Shown one piece after another: positions 37,656 to 49,648 of a stretch of DNA of 64,000 nucleotides. The notes under the pieces are model-generated. The model was given only the letters and a program-made list of their open reading frames with translations. It made no database searches and had not been told where the DNA came from. Numbering within the stretch: position 1 is the stretch's first letter; each line of letters opens with the position of its first letter. Source of the stretch: Candidatus Giovannonibacteria bacterium (GTDB lineage: Bacteria; Patescibacteriota; Minisyncoccia; JACPKW01; UBA11713); NCBI GenBank assembly GCA_016186825.1, contig JACPKW010000005.1:66025-130024 (forward strand). The letters are read 5' to 3'. The position numbers and the translations under genes were made by a program.

Positions 37656-39376
37656 TACTTATTTAAATTTTTTGATAAAACTTTAAATTCCTCAAGAGCT
37701 CGCTCTAACTTTGCCGAGTCTTTGAGAGCCTCGAATTTTTTTATGTCAACGGCAAGCGCTTCAAGTTTTGCCTTTAACTCCTCTTTCTTGAGCCCTTCCA
37801 TCAGTATAGCGAATTCTTTGTCTAAATGCTCCATCTCACCATAAAGAAGTTCGGCTTCAAGCGCAAGCTTATCAAGCTCTGTGCAAGTTTCCGGCTTCGC
37901 ATCTTCAACCCCAAACGCCGCCTTAAGTAATTCGCGGCGGGGAAAAGAAAAAAATTCAATCATCTCTGAAATATTGGTGGATATGGATGCTCCTTTTTTC
38001 CAAAAAATAATTCCAATAATCTGCTCTTCCAAAAGATCGCGGCGGTTCTTAATTTTTTTTATCTCGGAGAAGGTCTCGGGATAATCTTCAGTTTTGATCT
38101 GAATTTTTTTCACTTCGCTCCAAACCGGCTCCTCTTTGATGCCTAAACTTTTCGCGATCTCCGCAACCCAGTGCGCCTTTTCAATTTCATTTTGAACTGC
38201 TTTCACATACGGCAGCACAAGCGCACTTACTTTGCTTTTATATTCGAGCGGATTCGAGGAAAATTTTTTCTGCAGGCTCGAGAGAAAAAAAGAAATTACC
38301 GGCACCGCTTTTTTAACTGCCGCCACCCACGCTTCGGAATTATCTTTAATTAAGTCAGCCGGATCCTTGCCATGTTCGATTTCTATTATATTGACTGAAA
38401 AACTTTCTTTAAGCGCGAGGTCCACTCCCCGCTTTGTCGCAAGCCCTCCGGCCTCATCAGTATCAAACGCTAAAAGCAGTCTTGAGGTCAGCCGCTTAAT
38501 CAACTGTAAATGGCCTTGCCCTAGGGCTGTTCCGGAAACCGCGATTACATTTTTGATTCCCGCCTGATGCGACATTAGCGCGTCCATCTGTCCTTCCACG
38601 ATGATGCAAGCATCCTCTTTTCTTATTTCGCCTTTCGCGCGATCCCAGAGATAAAGTACCCGCGATTTATCGTAAAGCATTGTCTGCGGGGTGTTGATGT
38701 ATTTAGCTTCGTCATCCGCGCCTTCGCCGAAGATGCGTCCCGAAAAACCGACTGTTCTCCCGGCCCCGTCAGCAATAGGGAACATGATGCGGCCGCGAAA
38801 ACGATCGTAAAATTTTCTGCGTTCGCTTGAGGGCGCTTGGCTTATTATCGCGAGTCCAGCTTTTTCAATTTCTTCATCCCGGAATCCCTTCGAATTCAAA
38901 TAATTTAATACCCCTTCCCAGCTTTTTTCCGCGTAACCCAAAGAATAAGAAGATATGGTCTCTTCTTTTAATCCCCTTTTGATTAAATAATCTCTGACAT
39001 CCGGATATTTGTTTAGATTACCCGAAAAATATTTTTGCGCCGATTCCATTAAATCTAAAGAGCGCTTTCTTTGAGTAAGCAGTTTCGGATCGCTTCTTTT
39101 CAAAACCACGCCCGCTCTCGAGGCCAAAAGCTCAAGCGCTTCGGGAAATTCAACCCCCTCAATCTGCATTACAAATCTGAAAATATCTCCGCCTGCGCCA
39201 CACCCGAAACAATGCCAGATTTCCCGTGAAGGAGAGACATAAAAAGAAGGCGTTTTTTCCTTATGAAAAGGGCAAACCGCCTTAAAATTCGCTCCAGATT
39301 TAACAAGTCGAATATAAGAGCCCACAACATCTACTACCGAAAGCCGGGCTTTGATATCCTCCACTGGTGAAGCCAT
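37655..39376 (-). CDS. dnaG: DNA primase
   Basis: CHC2 zinc finger [30 protein letters not shown]. Toprim domain EGQMDALM. Classic dnaG-rpoD operon arrangement. Confidence 0.9.
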   Translation of the reverse strand: MASPVEDIKARLSVVDVVGSYIRLVKSGANFKAVCPFHKEKTPSFYVSPSREIWHCFGCGAGGDIFRFVMQIEGVEFPEALELLASRAGVVLKRSDPKLLTQRKRSLDLMESAQKYFSGNLNKYPDVRDYLIKRGLKEETISSYSLGYAEKSWEGVLNYLNSKGFRDEEIEKAGLAIISQAPSSERRKFYDRFRGRIMFPIADGAGRTVGFSGRIFGEGADDEAKYINTPQTMLYDKSRVLYLWDRAKGEIRKEDACIIVEGQMDALMSHQAGIKNVIAVSGTALGQGHLQLIKRLTSRLLLAFDTDEAGGLATKRGVDLALKESFSVNIIEIEHGKDPADLIKDNSEAWVAAVKKAVPVISFFLSSLQKKFSSNPLEYKSKVSALVLPYVKAVQNEIEKAHWVAEIAKSLGIKEEPVWSEVKKIQIKTEDYPETFSEIKKIKNRRDLLEEQIIGIIFWKKGASISTNISEMIEFFSFPRRELLKAAFGVEDAKPETCTELDKLALEAELLYGEMEHLDKEFAILMEGLKKEELKAKLEALAVDIKKFEALKDSAKLERALEEFKVLSKNLNK

Positions 39377-39407
39377 AGATAGATTTTAGACGATTATAAA
39401 AAGAAGT

Positions 39408-39752
39408 CTATTTCTTTTCATTCTTATCCTGATCTTTTTTATTCTCTTTTTTAATAAGAGTGGAAACGGCACCGCCAAAGATAACGAGCGCTACCAATAC
39501 GATGGAAATCTTTTTAAAATCTCCGAATGCGCTCAAAAATAAGCGGACTCCCGAATAGATTACAGCAAAATTGAGAACCCAGACTCCAAGCGCAAACATT
39601 CTGTATCCTTCTTCGAAGCGTTGTTTAAGGAGAGAGAATGTTTTAACAAAAAAAACCAGCGCGACGATAATAATTGCAGCCGCCCACAAAATGCCAAAAT
39701 AATATACGAGCGATCCCGCAAAATTCGGAGATTTTATTTCGATTCCGTTCAC
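39408..39752 (-). CDS. Small membrane protein (2-3 TM helices and a Lys-rich tail), hypothetical
   Basis: Hydrophobic ORF of 114 aa lying between alr and dnaG. Confidence 0.45.
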   Translation of the reverse strand: MNGIEIKSPNFAGSLVYYFGILWAAAIIIVALVFFVKTFSLLKQRFEEGYRMFALGVWVLNFAVIYSGVRLFLSAFGDFKKISIVLVALVIFGGAVSTLIKKENKKDQDKNEKK

Positions 39753-39817
39753 AATGCAATTATATCATTACCAGATAATGAGCCTAAATCTATTGTGCTG
39801 TAGAAAAAATCCCGTAT

Positions 39818-40969
39818 TCATTTCACATATCTCCGAATCCCGGGATTAATGCGGACCAAAATTTCATAGGGAATCGTGTTTGCGATACGTGCCGCATTTT
39901 CAATCGAATTTAATCTGGCAAGATCAGAAGAATAAACTTCAATATCATCCTCGATCTTGATTTCACCAGCATCGGTTAAATCAACCGCGGTCAGATTCAT
40001 GCTGATTCTTCCCAAAATTCTAAGCGGCTGATTTCCATAATAAACAAAGCCTTGATTCGAAAGCTCGCGCGGCAAGCCCTCGTAGTAACCGCAGGGCAGA
40101 ATCCCTACGCGCATTTTTTTATCCGCTTCAAATGTAAAATTGTATCCGATCTTCTCTCCCTTTTGGGCAGTTTTAATATTTACAAGTTTCGCCCAAAATG
40201 AAAGCACGGGCTTTAAATTTAAAGCGGGATTGGATGCGAGATTAAAACCATATATGCCAATTCCGGCTCTGATCAGATTGCTCTCGGCTGAAGCGAGATA
40301 TTTTGTAGCAGCGCTTGCGGAAAAATGCAGATCGAATTCAGCACTGTTTCCTTTAAAGTCACGAAATATTTTTAGAGCATCAGTCCAGCTCTGCAATTGC
40401 AAGAGCGTGCCTTCAGGCGTTGCGCCATCCGCATCAGCCAAGTGCGTCAAAAGCCCCGTTAAATTTATTTTTTTACAACGAGCTAAAATTTCCAAAGCAT
40501 ATTTCAATTCCGAAACCTTTATCCCTTGGCGATTCATGCCGGTATCCAATTTTATCTGCGCATTCAATAAAAATCCCGCCTTTGAAAAATACTTTGCATC
40601 TTCTAAGGAGTTTATTACGGGAGTCGCGGAAAAGCGTTTTAGACGATAAAAAACTTTTCTAGGAATGTAGCCTAAAATTATCACAGGTTTTTTTATTCCG
40701 AGATCATGCAATTTTTCCGCTTCGATAATCGAATCAACGGCAAAATATTTTATATCATTATTTTCCGCGAGTGCTAAACCGATTTCTTTCAATCCATGCC
40801 CATAAGCGTTTGATTTTAACACTGCGGCGATTTTGTGATTGGGATAAGCATTTCTGAATGAGGAAATGTTTGAAAGTAGAGCTGTGCTGTCTAGTTCAAC
40901 TCTTAAAAGATGATTTGCCGGATCATCGAATTTATCTAAAAATTTTCGATATAAATTCAAAATTCGCAC
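39818..40969 (-). CDS. alr: Alanine racemase
   Basis: AVLKSNAYGHGL PLP-lysine motif. About 383 aa with TIM-barrel and beta-domain organisation. Confidence 0.85.
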   Translation of the reverse strand: MRILNLYRKFLDKFDDPANHLLRVELDSTALLSNISSFRNAYPNHKIAAVLKSNAYGHGLKEIGLALAENNDIKYFAVDSIIEAEKLHDLGIKKPVIILGYIPRKVFYRLKRFSATPVINSLEDAKYFSKAGFLLNAQIKLDTGMNRQGIKVSELKYALEILARCKKINLTGLLTHLADADGATPEGTLLQLQSWTDALKIFRDFKGNSAEFDLHFSASAATKYLASAESNLIRAGIGIYGFNLASNPALNLKPVLSFWAKLVNIKTAQKGEKIGYNFTFEADKKMRVGILPCGYYEGLPRELSNQGFVYYGNQPLRILGRISMNLTAVDLTDAGEIKIEDDIEVYSSDLARLNSIENAARIANTIPYEILVRINPGIRRYVK

Positions 40970-41049
40970 GAGATCATTATATCCTGCTTGAGATTAGCTA
41001 CAAAATTGGGCTTTTTATCGCCAGAGCGCCAAAATAACTCAAATATATT

Positions 41050-41727
41050 TTACCAAGTATCTCCCGCAGATTTATCTGTCTTTCCAGAGTTATTGCCGTT
41101 AATTTTGAAACTTTCTTTAAGCTCGCTTAAAAAAGATCTATTCAAGCGAGAATTTATTATAAATATAATCAGCATAGCCAGAAGTGCGCCTAAGGCGGCG
41201 GCAAACATGTCTTTTTGGCTATCCCAAATATCCCCTTGCGCGCCCAAAAAAGTAATCCCAGCCGCCTGGCTTACATTGCGGACCGTGATCCATTCGATAA
41301 TTTCATAAATGGCGGAAAGTGAAAGAGTTAGGTCAAAAGGAATGTAATAGCCCCAGATGCCTTTAGCTCTGGTGATCCGCACAAAAACTTCGCGAATGGG
41401 ATATGCAAGCAAAAAACCGAAAGCGAAATGGACGAGGCGGTCATACATATTTCGTGTCTCGCCCATTAAATTCTCAAGGAAATAACCAAATGGCACTTTT
41501 TCATAGGTGAAATGCGCGCCAGTAATATGGAGCATCAAAAAAATAGTGATCAGAGTATAAGAGAAATCGGACAGCCTAAAATACCTTCCCGTAATCAAGA
41601 CGATCGGAACAAAAATAAATACGAGATAATTTTCTAAAAGCCATTCTTCGCGCGAATAAGGGTTTAACGCGCCCCAAACCCAAGCAAAGATAAAAACAAA
41701 AATTAAAAATAAATGATAACGGGACAT
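41050..41727 (-). CDS. Polytopic inner-membrane protein (YjdF/DUF2238-like), hypothetical
   Basis: Multiple TM helices. Family assignment is tentative. Confidence 0.45.
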   Translation of the reverse strand: MSRYHLFLIFVFIFAWVWGALNPYSREEWLLENYLVFIFVPIVLITGRYFRLSDFSYTLITIFLMLHITGAHFTYEKVPFGYFLENLMGETRNMYDRLVHFAFGFLLAYPIREVFVRITRAKGIWGYYIPFDLTLSLSAIYEIIEWITVRNVSQAAGITFLGAQGDIWDSQKDMFAAALGALLAMLIIFIINSRLNRSFLSELKESFKINGNNSGKTDKSAGDTW

Positions 41728-41748
41728 TCCAAATTAGTTTCGAGACAC

Positions 41749-42360
41749 TTATAGGTTTTTAATTTTTTCCAACCGCGCTTCGCTGAAATTGGACAAAGCC
41801 AGAAAGAAAGATAAAAACAAAACAACAAAATCAAGATTAACGCCTTCCTCAAAAACTTCCTCCGCATCAACAATCGGGAACGAAGCTCCGCTTGCCAAAA
41901 TAATATTTAAGACAAAAACGAAACTGATAACGCTTGCCCAAGCTAAGGCGTAGTGGGCAAAGCGCGAGTGAGAGATGAAATTCCAGATGCTCGCTAGAAC
42001 TAATATCGCTCCGATGAAAAACTCGGCGTACTGGATGCTGTTTGCCGCCAAAACGCTATTAGGCATTACGAAAGAACTTAAAAACGAATTATACCAAGGC
42101 ACGATGGGCGCTTCGGCGATTTGAAGACTGACGTAATCCGCGAACCCGGAAACAAACTCTCCGCTCAAAATTTTATCCAATCCCGAAACGAGCCATAAAT
42201 AGCCCAATACTAAAGTGATCGTATTTAACCAGCGGTCATGAACTGACGAAATGGTTTTATCCATATCTTTAACTTTAACACAAAATCGAAAGAGAGGGAA
42301 TCCATTCAATTTAGAGGAAAAAAAGATGTAAAGACCGACGATTGTGATAATAACTCCCAC
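41749..42360 (-). CDS. Hypothetical membrane protein (203 aa)
   Basis: Hydrophobic ORF. Its start codon overlaps, as ATGA, the stop of a 34-aa hydrophobic micro-ORF at 42362-42466. Confidence 0.45.
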   Translation of the reverse strand: MGVIITIVGLYIFFSSKLNGFPLFRFCVKVKDMDKTISSVHDRWLNTITLVLGYLWLVSGLDKILSGEFVSGFADYVSLQIAEAPIVPWYNSFLSSFVMPNSVLAANSIQYAEFFIGAILVLASIWNFISHSRFAHYALAWASVISFVFVLNIILASGASFPIVDAEEVFEEGVNLDFVVLFLSFFLALSNFSEARLEKIKNL

Positions 42361-42660
42361 AATCCAAACTCATAAAGCTGTCTGATCGATTTTGAAGCCA
42401 ATCAATGCGGAGATAAAAAGAAATATAACCGCATAAATTGCGAGCGGCGGAATAAGTAATGTTTTCAAATTCATAGTTTTAAATTTTATTTAATTCTTCG
42501 ACATTTACGATCTACACAAAGAGAAAATGCACTTTCGGGCATCTCTCTTATCACTTGGCTGTGTGTATTGGACAAAATTCAAAACTATTTCGGACAAAAT
42601 CCTGCGGATTTTGCCCGAAATACATTCGAACTTCGTCCGTTTCTTCTGATTCCGAATTTT

Positions 42661-42682
42661 GGCGGAGGGGGCGAGATTCGAA
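42661..42682. repeat. Direct-repeat copy of the tRNA-Ser 3' end (GGCGGAGGGGGCGAGATTCGAA), 127 bp downstream of the gene
   Basis: Matches 42788-42808 at 21 of 22 positions. The copy encodes CCA; the gene does not. Confidence 0.7.
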
Positions 42683-42788
42683 TTTCCTCCTTCGGAAATT
42701 ACGGGGAAGTCCCCCGGACTTCCCTTCGAACTCGCCTTTCAACAATGATGCCAAATTTCAATATCAAAAGATATTAAATTTGTCATAG

Positions 42789-42875
42789 CGGAGGGGGCGA
42801 GATTCGAACTCGCGATGCGGTTTCCCGCATACTTGCTTTCCAAGCAAGCGCACTAGACCACTATGCGACCCCTCC
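42789..42875 (-). tRNA. tRNA-Ser(GGA), type II with long variable arm; CCA not encoded
   Basis: GGAGGGG-TC-GCAT-AGTGGTCTA-GTGC-G-CTTGC-TTGGAAA-GCAAG-TATGCGGGAAACCGCATC-GCGAG-TTCGAAT-CTCGC-CCCCTCC-G forms a full cloverleaf. Confidence 0.8.
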
Positions 42876-43124
42876 AGTATCCAGTAATTTTTTAAAGGCT
42901 TCCCCACCTTTATAGCTTTTTATTTGCTTTTCTCTAAGCCACGCACTTTTTTTATGTGAAAAATACTCTTTATAGATCAGTTTCCAAGGTCTGCCACTCC
43001 TCGTAGATTTATTGGCTCCAGAATTATGATGGTTTACACGATCAAAAATATTAGAAGTAAAACCTACATAATATTTTTTATTCAGTTGACTCTGCAAAAT
43101 ATAAACAGCAAACATATTGACCAC
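42861..43124 (-). CDS. GIY-YIG nuclease-superfamily protein (UPF0213/YhbQ-like, 87 aa)
   Basis: YILQSQLNKKYYVGFTSNIFDRVNHHNSG GIY-YIG motif. Bracketed by 14-bp direct repeats TATGCGACCCCTCC (42862-42875 and 43160-43173). Confidence 0.7.
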   Translation of the reverse strand: MVNMFAVYILQSQLNKKYYVGFTSNIFDRVNHHNSGANKSTRSGRPWKLIYKEYFSHKKSAWLREKQIKSYKGGEAFKKLLDTGGVA

Positions 43125-43221
43125 CCACCGCTTTCAGCGGGGTCCCGCCAAAGGCGGTGATATGCGACCCCTCCGGATAGCCTAAATAGTAGCAAATTAT
43201 TGCGTCGAGTAAAGTTTTTAT

Positions 43222-45168
43222 TTAAAAACTTTTCAAATCATAGCAATAGCGGTTTGCTTCACCGCCGCAACCTTTGGAGTCTGCTCCGTTGAAACCTAAA
43301 TTACTGTCTGAATCGTTACTTAATTGTGTGGAAATTTTTTCTTCCAGGCTTGCTCCCACATGATAAGATTTACGGTCCGCGCTTACAGCGAATTTGTACG
43401 CTTTATTATCTAAAGTGTCTGTCGTATTAATTCCGGGGATTTGCGTAGTTAACTCTGCAAGCGTTTTTGGATACCTTCCTTGCGCATCTGCAGAAATCTC
43501 CATTGCCTTAGTTAAATTCTGAATATCTGCGACACGCTTTGCGTCGCGGCCTCTCATTCTTGCAGTTTCCACTCCACCGCCGATTGGACTCATACCTTGA
43601 GTAACAAAACTTGCAATCATCTGTTTTAATTCTTCATCGAATGAAATCGCATTCGAGGGTTTTTTAACTTCAGCTGTATCAAAATCCGAAAGCTCAAGAG
43701 TAATTTCTGTCCTCACGCCTATTCCGCCGTAATCCGCGAGCGGAATTGAGGCATTGAATCTTTCAAGGTAATTCGTATTTTTATTAACCCAAGCTTCGAT
43801 GGAAGCTTTTGAAAGTTTGTCTACAAATTGGTTAATGGCTTGTTCATCGCTTTTAGTAAGCGGGCGCTCCTGCTCAATTTTCATGATCTCCCCAAAGAAA
43901 TGTTTGATATCAGCAATATTGGCTATAAGCGTATAGTGGAAATTATCTCCGTCCTTACCAACAGAAGCGACTTCAAAAAGCGTGCTCTCTTTCAAAACAT
44001 TTCTGATTTTCTCCATTTTTTCCCGATCAACTTCTGTATCGTCTTTCGGAAGTAATTTCAAATCAGAAAGAGTTTTTGCCTTGAGCGAATACCAGTTTTT
44101 TAAGAGTTGCGAGGGATCGAGGGTGGAAAAAGGAGTCATCGACAGCATTGGGGACATAAGCTGGATCGGCAGTTCCACCAACCTAAAGTAATACACCTCA
44201 TTTACATCGCGAAACTCTGCTCCAAACCCGATCGACTGATCTTTCTGTTTAACGTTCATATCGAAAAGAATAGACACATTGCCGTTATCTTCATCAACCG
44301 ACTCGAAAGCGCCGCTCGCGCGGATTTCAATTTCAGAATCGGACAAATCCTGGGGCAATACTTGCGGAACGCCGGACGGAGGTGCCGCGGTCTCGGAGAT
44401 TACAGGGGGCAAAGGAATTTTGCCGGGCTCGAAAAAATTCAAAACAGATTGAAACACAGACGCGGGCGCAAGTTTTTCTAAACCGTCTTCAAGTTTTTTT
44501 CTTTCTTCATAATTTTGAGAAACACTCTCGTCAATATTTTGGGTCTTTAGTTTAATTCTTAAACTGTAAGTCAAGCTTTTTAAGTCAGACATCTTGGAAG
44601 GCATCGCAGTGAAAACCCGATTAGGCATTTCCTTGTAGTATGCCCACCCCGCGAAAACACCCGTTCCCCCAAGAATTAATACAACTAGCGTTAGAATAAA
44701 AACTCGATGCGCCTTAAAGCCCCCCATTTTAATTGCGCCAATACCGGAGGCAAACTTTGAATCGCCCTTAAAAAAAGAGTTTTGAGGGATGTTTTGGATT
44801 GCCGGGGCAGTCCCATTCGCGTTAGATAAAAATGTCGATTGAGCCGGCTGTCCTGACTCTAGTTTCGAATATTCTTTCGGAGATTCCTTTGTGACTATGC
44901 TCGATTGATTATTAACTTTAGGTTCATTTGCGGGAAGAGCGGGTGCAAAGGTTTGAAAAGATTTTGGCTCAACTTGCGGAAATTTTTTCACTTCTTCCGG
45001 CTGAAAAACTGAAGCGGGCTTCTGTTGAACTTTGTTGGCCTCTGAAAACGCGTTTGCAACATCTCCAAGTTTCCAGCCTGCGCCCTCCAGCTGATGCTGA
45101 ATTACGTCATCTTTTAAACCGGCCTCGCGGGCATCTTTTATAAATTTCACCGCATTCTGGTCTGCCAT
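43222..45168 (-). CDS. Large single-TM protein (648 aa) with a C-terminal pilin/pseudopilin-like globular domain
   Basis: TM segment RVFILTLVVLILGGTGVFAGWAYY. The C-terminus (RGRDAKRVADIQNLTKAMEISADAQGRYPKTL) resembles type IV pilin-like domains. No prepilin cleavage site. Confidence 0.45.
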   Translation of the reverse strand: MADQNAVKFIKDAREAGLKDDVIQHQLEGAGWKLGDVANAFSEANKVQQKPASVFQPEEVKKFPQVEPKSFQTFAPALPANEPKVNNQSSIVTKESPKEYSKLESGQPAQSTFLSNANGTAPAIQNIPQNSFFKGDSKFASGIGAIKMGGFKAHRVFILTLVVLILGGTGVFAGWAYYKEMPNRVFTAMPSKMSDLKSLTYSLRIKLKTQNIDESVSQNYEERKKLEDGLEKLAPASVFQSVLNFFEPGKIPLPPVISETAAPPSGVPQVLPQDLSDSEIEIRASGAFESVDEDNGNVSILFDMNVKQKDQSIGFGAEFRDVNEVYYFRLVELPIQLMSPMLSMTPFSTLDPSQLLKNWYSLKAKTLSDLKLLPKDDTEVDREKMEKIRNVLKESTLFEVASVGKDGDNFHYTLIANIADIKHFFGEIMKIEQERPLTKSDEQAINQFVDKLSKASIEAWVNKNTNYLERFNASIPLADYGGIGVRTEITLELSDFDTAEVKKPSNAISFDEELKQMIASFVTQGMSPIGGGVETARMRGRDAKRVADIQNLTKAMEISADAQGRYPKTLAELTTQIPGINTTDTLDNKAYKFAVSADRKSYHVGASLEEKISTQLSNDSDSNLGFNGADSKGCGGEANRYCYDLKSF

Positions 45169-45211
45169 ACATTCATTATATATACATAATCAGAAAAATA
45201 GTGTGTATTAA

Positions 45212-45904
45212 CTAGGATATAAGAGTGCCTTCGAAGTCTTTATTCGAGAGGAGCCTATCAAAGTTATCAAGATTAGTTCCTTTCAAGATTATCGCTTTTA
45301 TCCCGGAGCGATCAGCAAGACGCGCGCCAACCGGATCTACGGGAGAGTGGAATCCGGGAACCCATGCGGAAGGAATCAGATTCCGGTAACTTTTCCACGA
45401 AATTTCGTCAAAAGGTTTTGCGCTTTTATGAATTTTCGGATCCTTGTCAAAAACAAACGCAGGACTGCCGGCGATAACCACTTCGTTTATTTTAAATTGG
45501 CGCGCTAACTCAATCGCGATGTAATCCGTTGACCACCCCGGCCTCCAGCCCGACGCGATTGTAATCGAATACTTTAAATTTTTTATTTTTCCGCTCGAAT
45601 CGCAAACAATGGGGTTCGCATCGCGCCAAAAAATTGTCCGCAATAACTGGGCGTTTAAGCGCGTGGCGTGAATTCCGATCCAATCTATATCTTCGTCTGG
45701 GAGATCAACAATTGCGGAGGCGCTTTTTTGATATTTTCGGCACACTGACCCCCCGCCCGTAACAATCACAAACTTTTTCCCGCGGCGGATCCATTTCAAA
45801 ATAAATTTCCTGAAGTTTTTCAGGAAATTTACATCAATTTCATCCGGATACATTATGGAGCCTCCAAGGGCTATCACAATTGTATTCTTAAATTTATATT
45901 TCAT
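45212..45904 (-). CDS. Amino-acid-kinase-fold protein, most like archaeal-type UMP kinase
   Basis: IVIALGGSIM ... FVIVTGGGSVCRKYQ ... IGIHATRLNAQLL parallels archaeal PyrH. 230 aa. Confidence 0.55.
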   Translation of the reverse strand: MKYKFKNTIVIALGGSIMYPDEIDVNFLKNFRKFILKWIRRGKKFVIVTGGGSVCRKYQKSASAIVDLPDEDIDWIGIHATRLNAQLLRTIFWRDANPIVCDSSGKIKNLKYSITIASGWRPGWSTDYIAIELARQFKINEVVIAGSPAFVFDKDPKIHKSAKPFDEISWKSYRNLIPSAWVPGFHSPVDPVGARLADRSGIKAIILKGTNLDNFDRLLSNKDFEGTLIS

Positions 45905-45924
45905 TTATATTTATCCGAGGCGTC

Positions 45925-46830
45925 TCATATTCCCATCTCGCGAAGCTTCTTTATTCGATCTTCAATCGGCGGATGGGTCATAAAAAGTTTTGCAAACCAG
46001 CCAACGGTTTTCTTTTTGCCCTGATAGGGATCATCAAGCCAAAGATGGGCAGTCGCATGGCTCGCTTGCGTCATTGGCGTATTATCATTGGCGAGTTTTT
46101 CGAGCGCCGATGCAAGCCCTTCGGGATAGCGCGTCAAAAGCACCCCAGAAGCGTCAGCGAGATATTCGCGCTTTCTTGAAACCGCAAGCTGAATTAGCAT
46201 CCCCGCAATCGGAGCTAAAATCGCAAGCACAACTCCAACAACCAAAAGAATCACCTGCGCCTGTCCGCCTCTGTCGCGATCGCCCGATCCGCGAAACCAA
46301 AGCGACCTGATAAAAATATCCGAAAGAAGCTGAATCACACCGACTAAAACTACTACAACAGTAGAGACAAGCATGTCGCGGTTTCCAATATGGGACATCT
46401 CATGCGCGAGCACTCCTTCAAGTTCCGAACGGTTCATCATCTTCAAAATTCCCGAAGTTACTGCGACCACCGCATGTTCCGGATTTCTTCCGGTCGCAAA
46501 AGCATTGGGCTGAGGAGAACTTACAATGTATATGCGCGGCTTTGGAAGTCCTGCTGTGATCGCAAGATTTTCGACGATGTTATGAACCTCGGGAGCTTCA
46601 GCATCGGGAAGCGGCCGCGCGCCTGTTGCGGCAATTACAATTTTGTCCGAATACCAATAAGAAGCGATGCTCATCACGAAGCTCAAAATAAACGCGAAAA
46701 GAAATATCGCAGGGTTTCCATAAATCTGCGAGAACACCCAGCCGAGCGTCATGACGATCAGAAAAAATATCGTCATTAAAAGCCAAGTCTTGCGTATATT
46801 TGAATCGCGATGAGTCCAAGTTGTAGCCAC
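45925..46830 (-). CDS. htpX: Zinc metalloprotease HtpX (M48)
   Basis: HEMSHIGNRD HExxH motif. N-terminal TM helices. Confidence 0.9.
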   Translation of the reverse strand: MATTWTHRDSNIRKTWLLMTIFFLIVMTLGWVFSQIYGNPAIFLFAFILSFVMSIASYWYSDKIVIAATGARPLPDAEAPEVHNIVENLAITAGLPKPRIYIVSSPQPNAFATGRNPEHAVVAVTSGILKMMNRSELEGVLAHEMSHIGNRDMLVSTVVVVLVGVIQLLSDIFIRSLWFRGSGDRDRGGQAQVILLVVGVVLAILAPIAGMLIQLAVSRKREYLADASGVLLTRYPEGLASALEKLANDNTPMTQASHATAHLWLDDPYQGKKKTVGWFAKLFMTHPPIEDRIKKLREMGI

Positions 46831-46875
46831 GATAAAAAAAGTTTAAATGTTTAAACGTTTAATTTTGTGAAAATC

Positions 46876-47496
46876 CTAAAAAGAAACTTTGACGGGTTCT
46901 CTTTGAGCGGGAGTTTCGTCGAGATCGAAGAATTCTTCTTTCTTAAACCCAAAAGTGCCAGCGACAACATTTGAAGGGAACATCTCAATTCTTGTGTTGA
47001 GTTCCAAAACATTTGTGTTGTAAAAGCGGCGGGAAGCCTGAATTTTATTTTCCGTATCCGAGAGTTCGCGCTGCAGTTCAAGAAAATTCGTGTTCGCTTT
47101 TAATTCTGGATAAGCCTCGGCAACGGCAAAAATGCTTTTTAAAGCGCCCGAGAGCATATTTTCTTTCTCGGCCCGTTCGTGGAGCGATCCGCCCTGAAGC
47201 GCTTCGGCTCGTGCGCGGGTCACATTTTCAAAAGCCTGCGACTCATGCTTTGCATAACCCTTAACCGTTTCGACAAGATTCGGAATCAAGTCGTATCGGC
47301 GCTTTAGCTGGACCTCGATATCAGACCAGGCCTCTTTGGCCCTGTTTCGAAGCCGAACCAAGCCGTTGTACATGGCAACAAGCCACAGCACAAAGACAAT
47401 TATGATCGCAGGGATATTGAATGCCCACTGGATCCAATTAAAAAACCCGCTTAATAAAAGGAGCGCTACCGCAATGACGAAAATTATAGTTTCCAT
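46876..47496 (-). CDS. lemA: LemA-family protein
   Basis: N-terminal TM, then NGLVRLRNRAKEAWSDIEVQLKRRYDLIPNLVETVKGYAKHE. Confidence 0.85.
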   Translation of the reverse strand: METIIFVIAVALLLLSGFFNWIQWAFNIPAIIIVFVLWLVAMYNGLVRLRNRAKEAWSDIEVQLKRRYDLIPNLVETVKGYAKHESQAFENVTRARAEALQGGSLHERAEKENMLSGALKSIFAVAEAYPELKANTNFLELQRELSDTENKIQASRRFYNTNVLELNTRIEMFPSNVVAGTFGFKKEEFFDLDETPAQREPVKVSF

Positions 47497-47542
47497 ATTG
47501 GTTATATTATATCAATATCGATGGTAGAAATCAAGTAAATAG

Positions 47543-47572
47543 AAAAATCCACTTCTATAGAAGTGGATTTTT
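47543..47572. terminator. Rho-independent terminator downstream of groEL (perfect palindrome AAAAATCCACTTCTA/TAGAAGTGGATTTTT)
   Basis: 11-bp stem with flanking A and T runs. Confidence 0.6.
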
Positions 47573-47589
47573 CTATCATTGTTGTTATT

Positions 47590-49576
<1,987 letters not shown>

Positions 49577-49648
49577 AGTAGTTTTAGTTATTGGTTTATA
49601 AAGTTTTTGCTGCTAGTTTTTAGCTCGACTATAAACTAACAGCTGATT

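Noticed and set aside
42551-42788. Three overlapping track ORFs on both strands
   Set aside because: The region consists of tRNA-Ser 3'-end duplicate and tRNA-like hairpin fragments. No coding signal is present.
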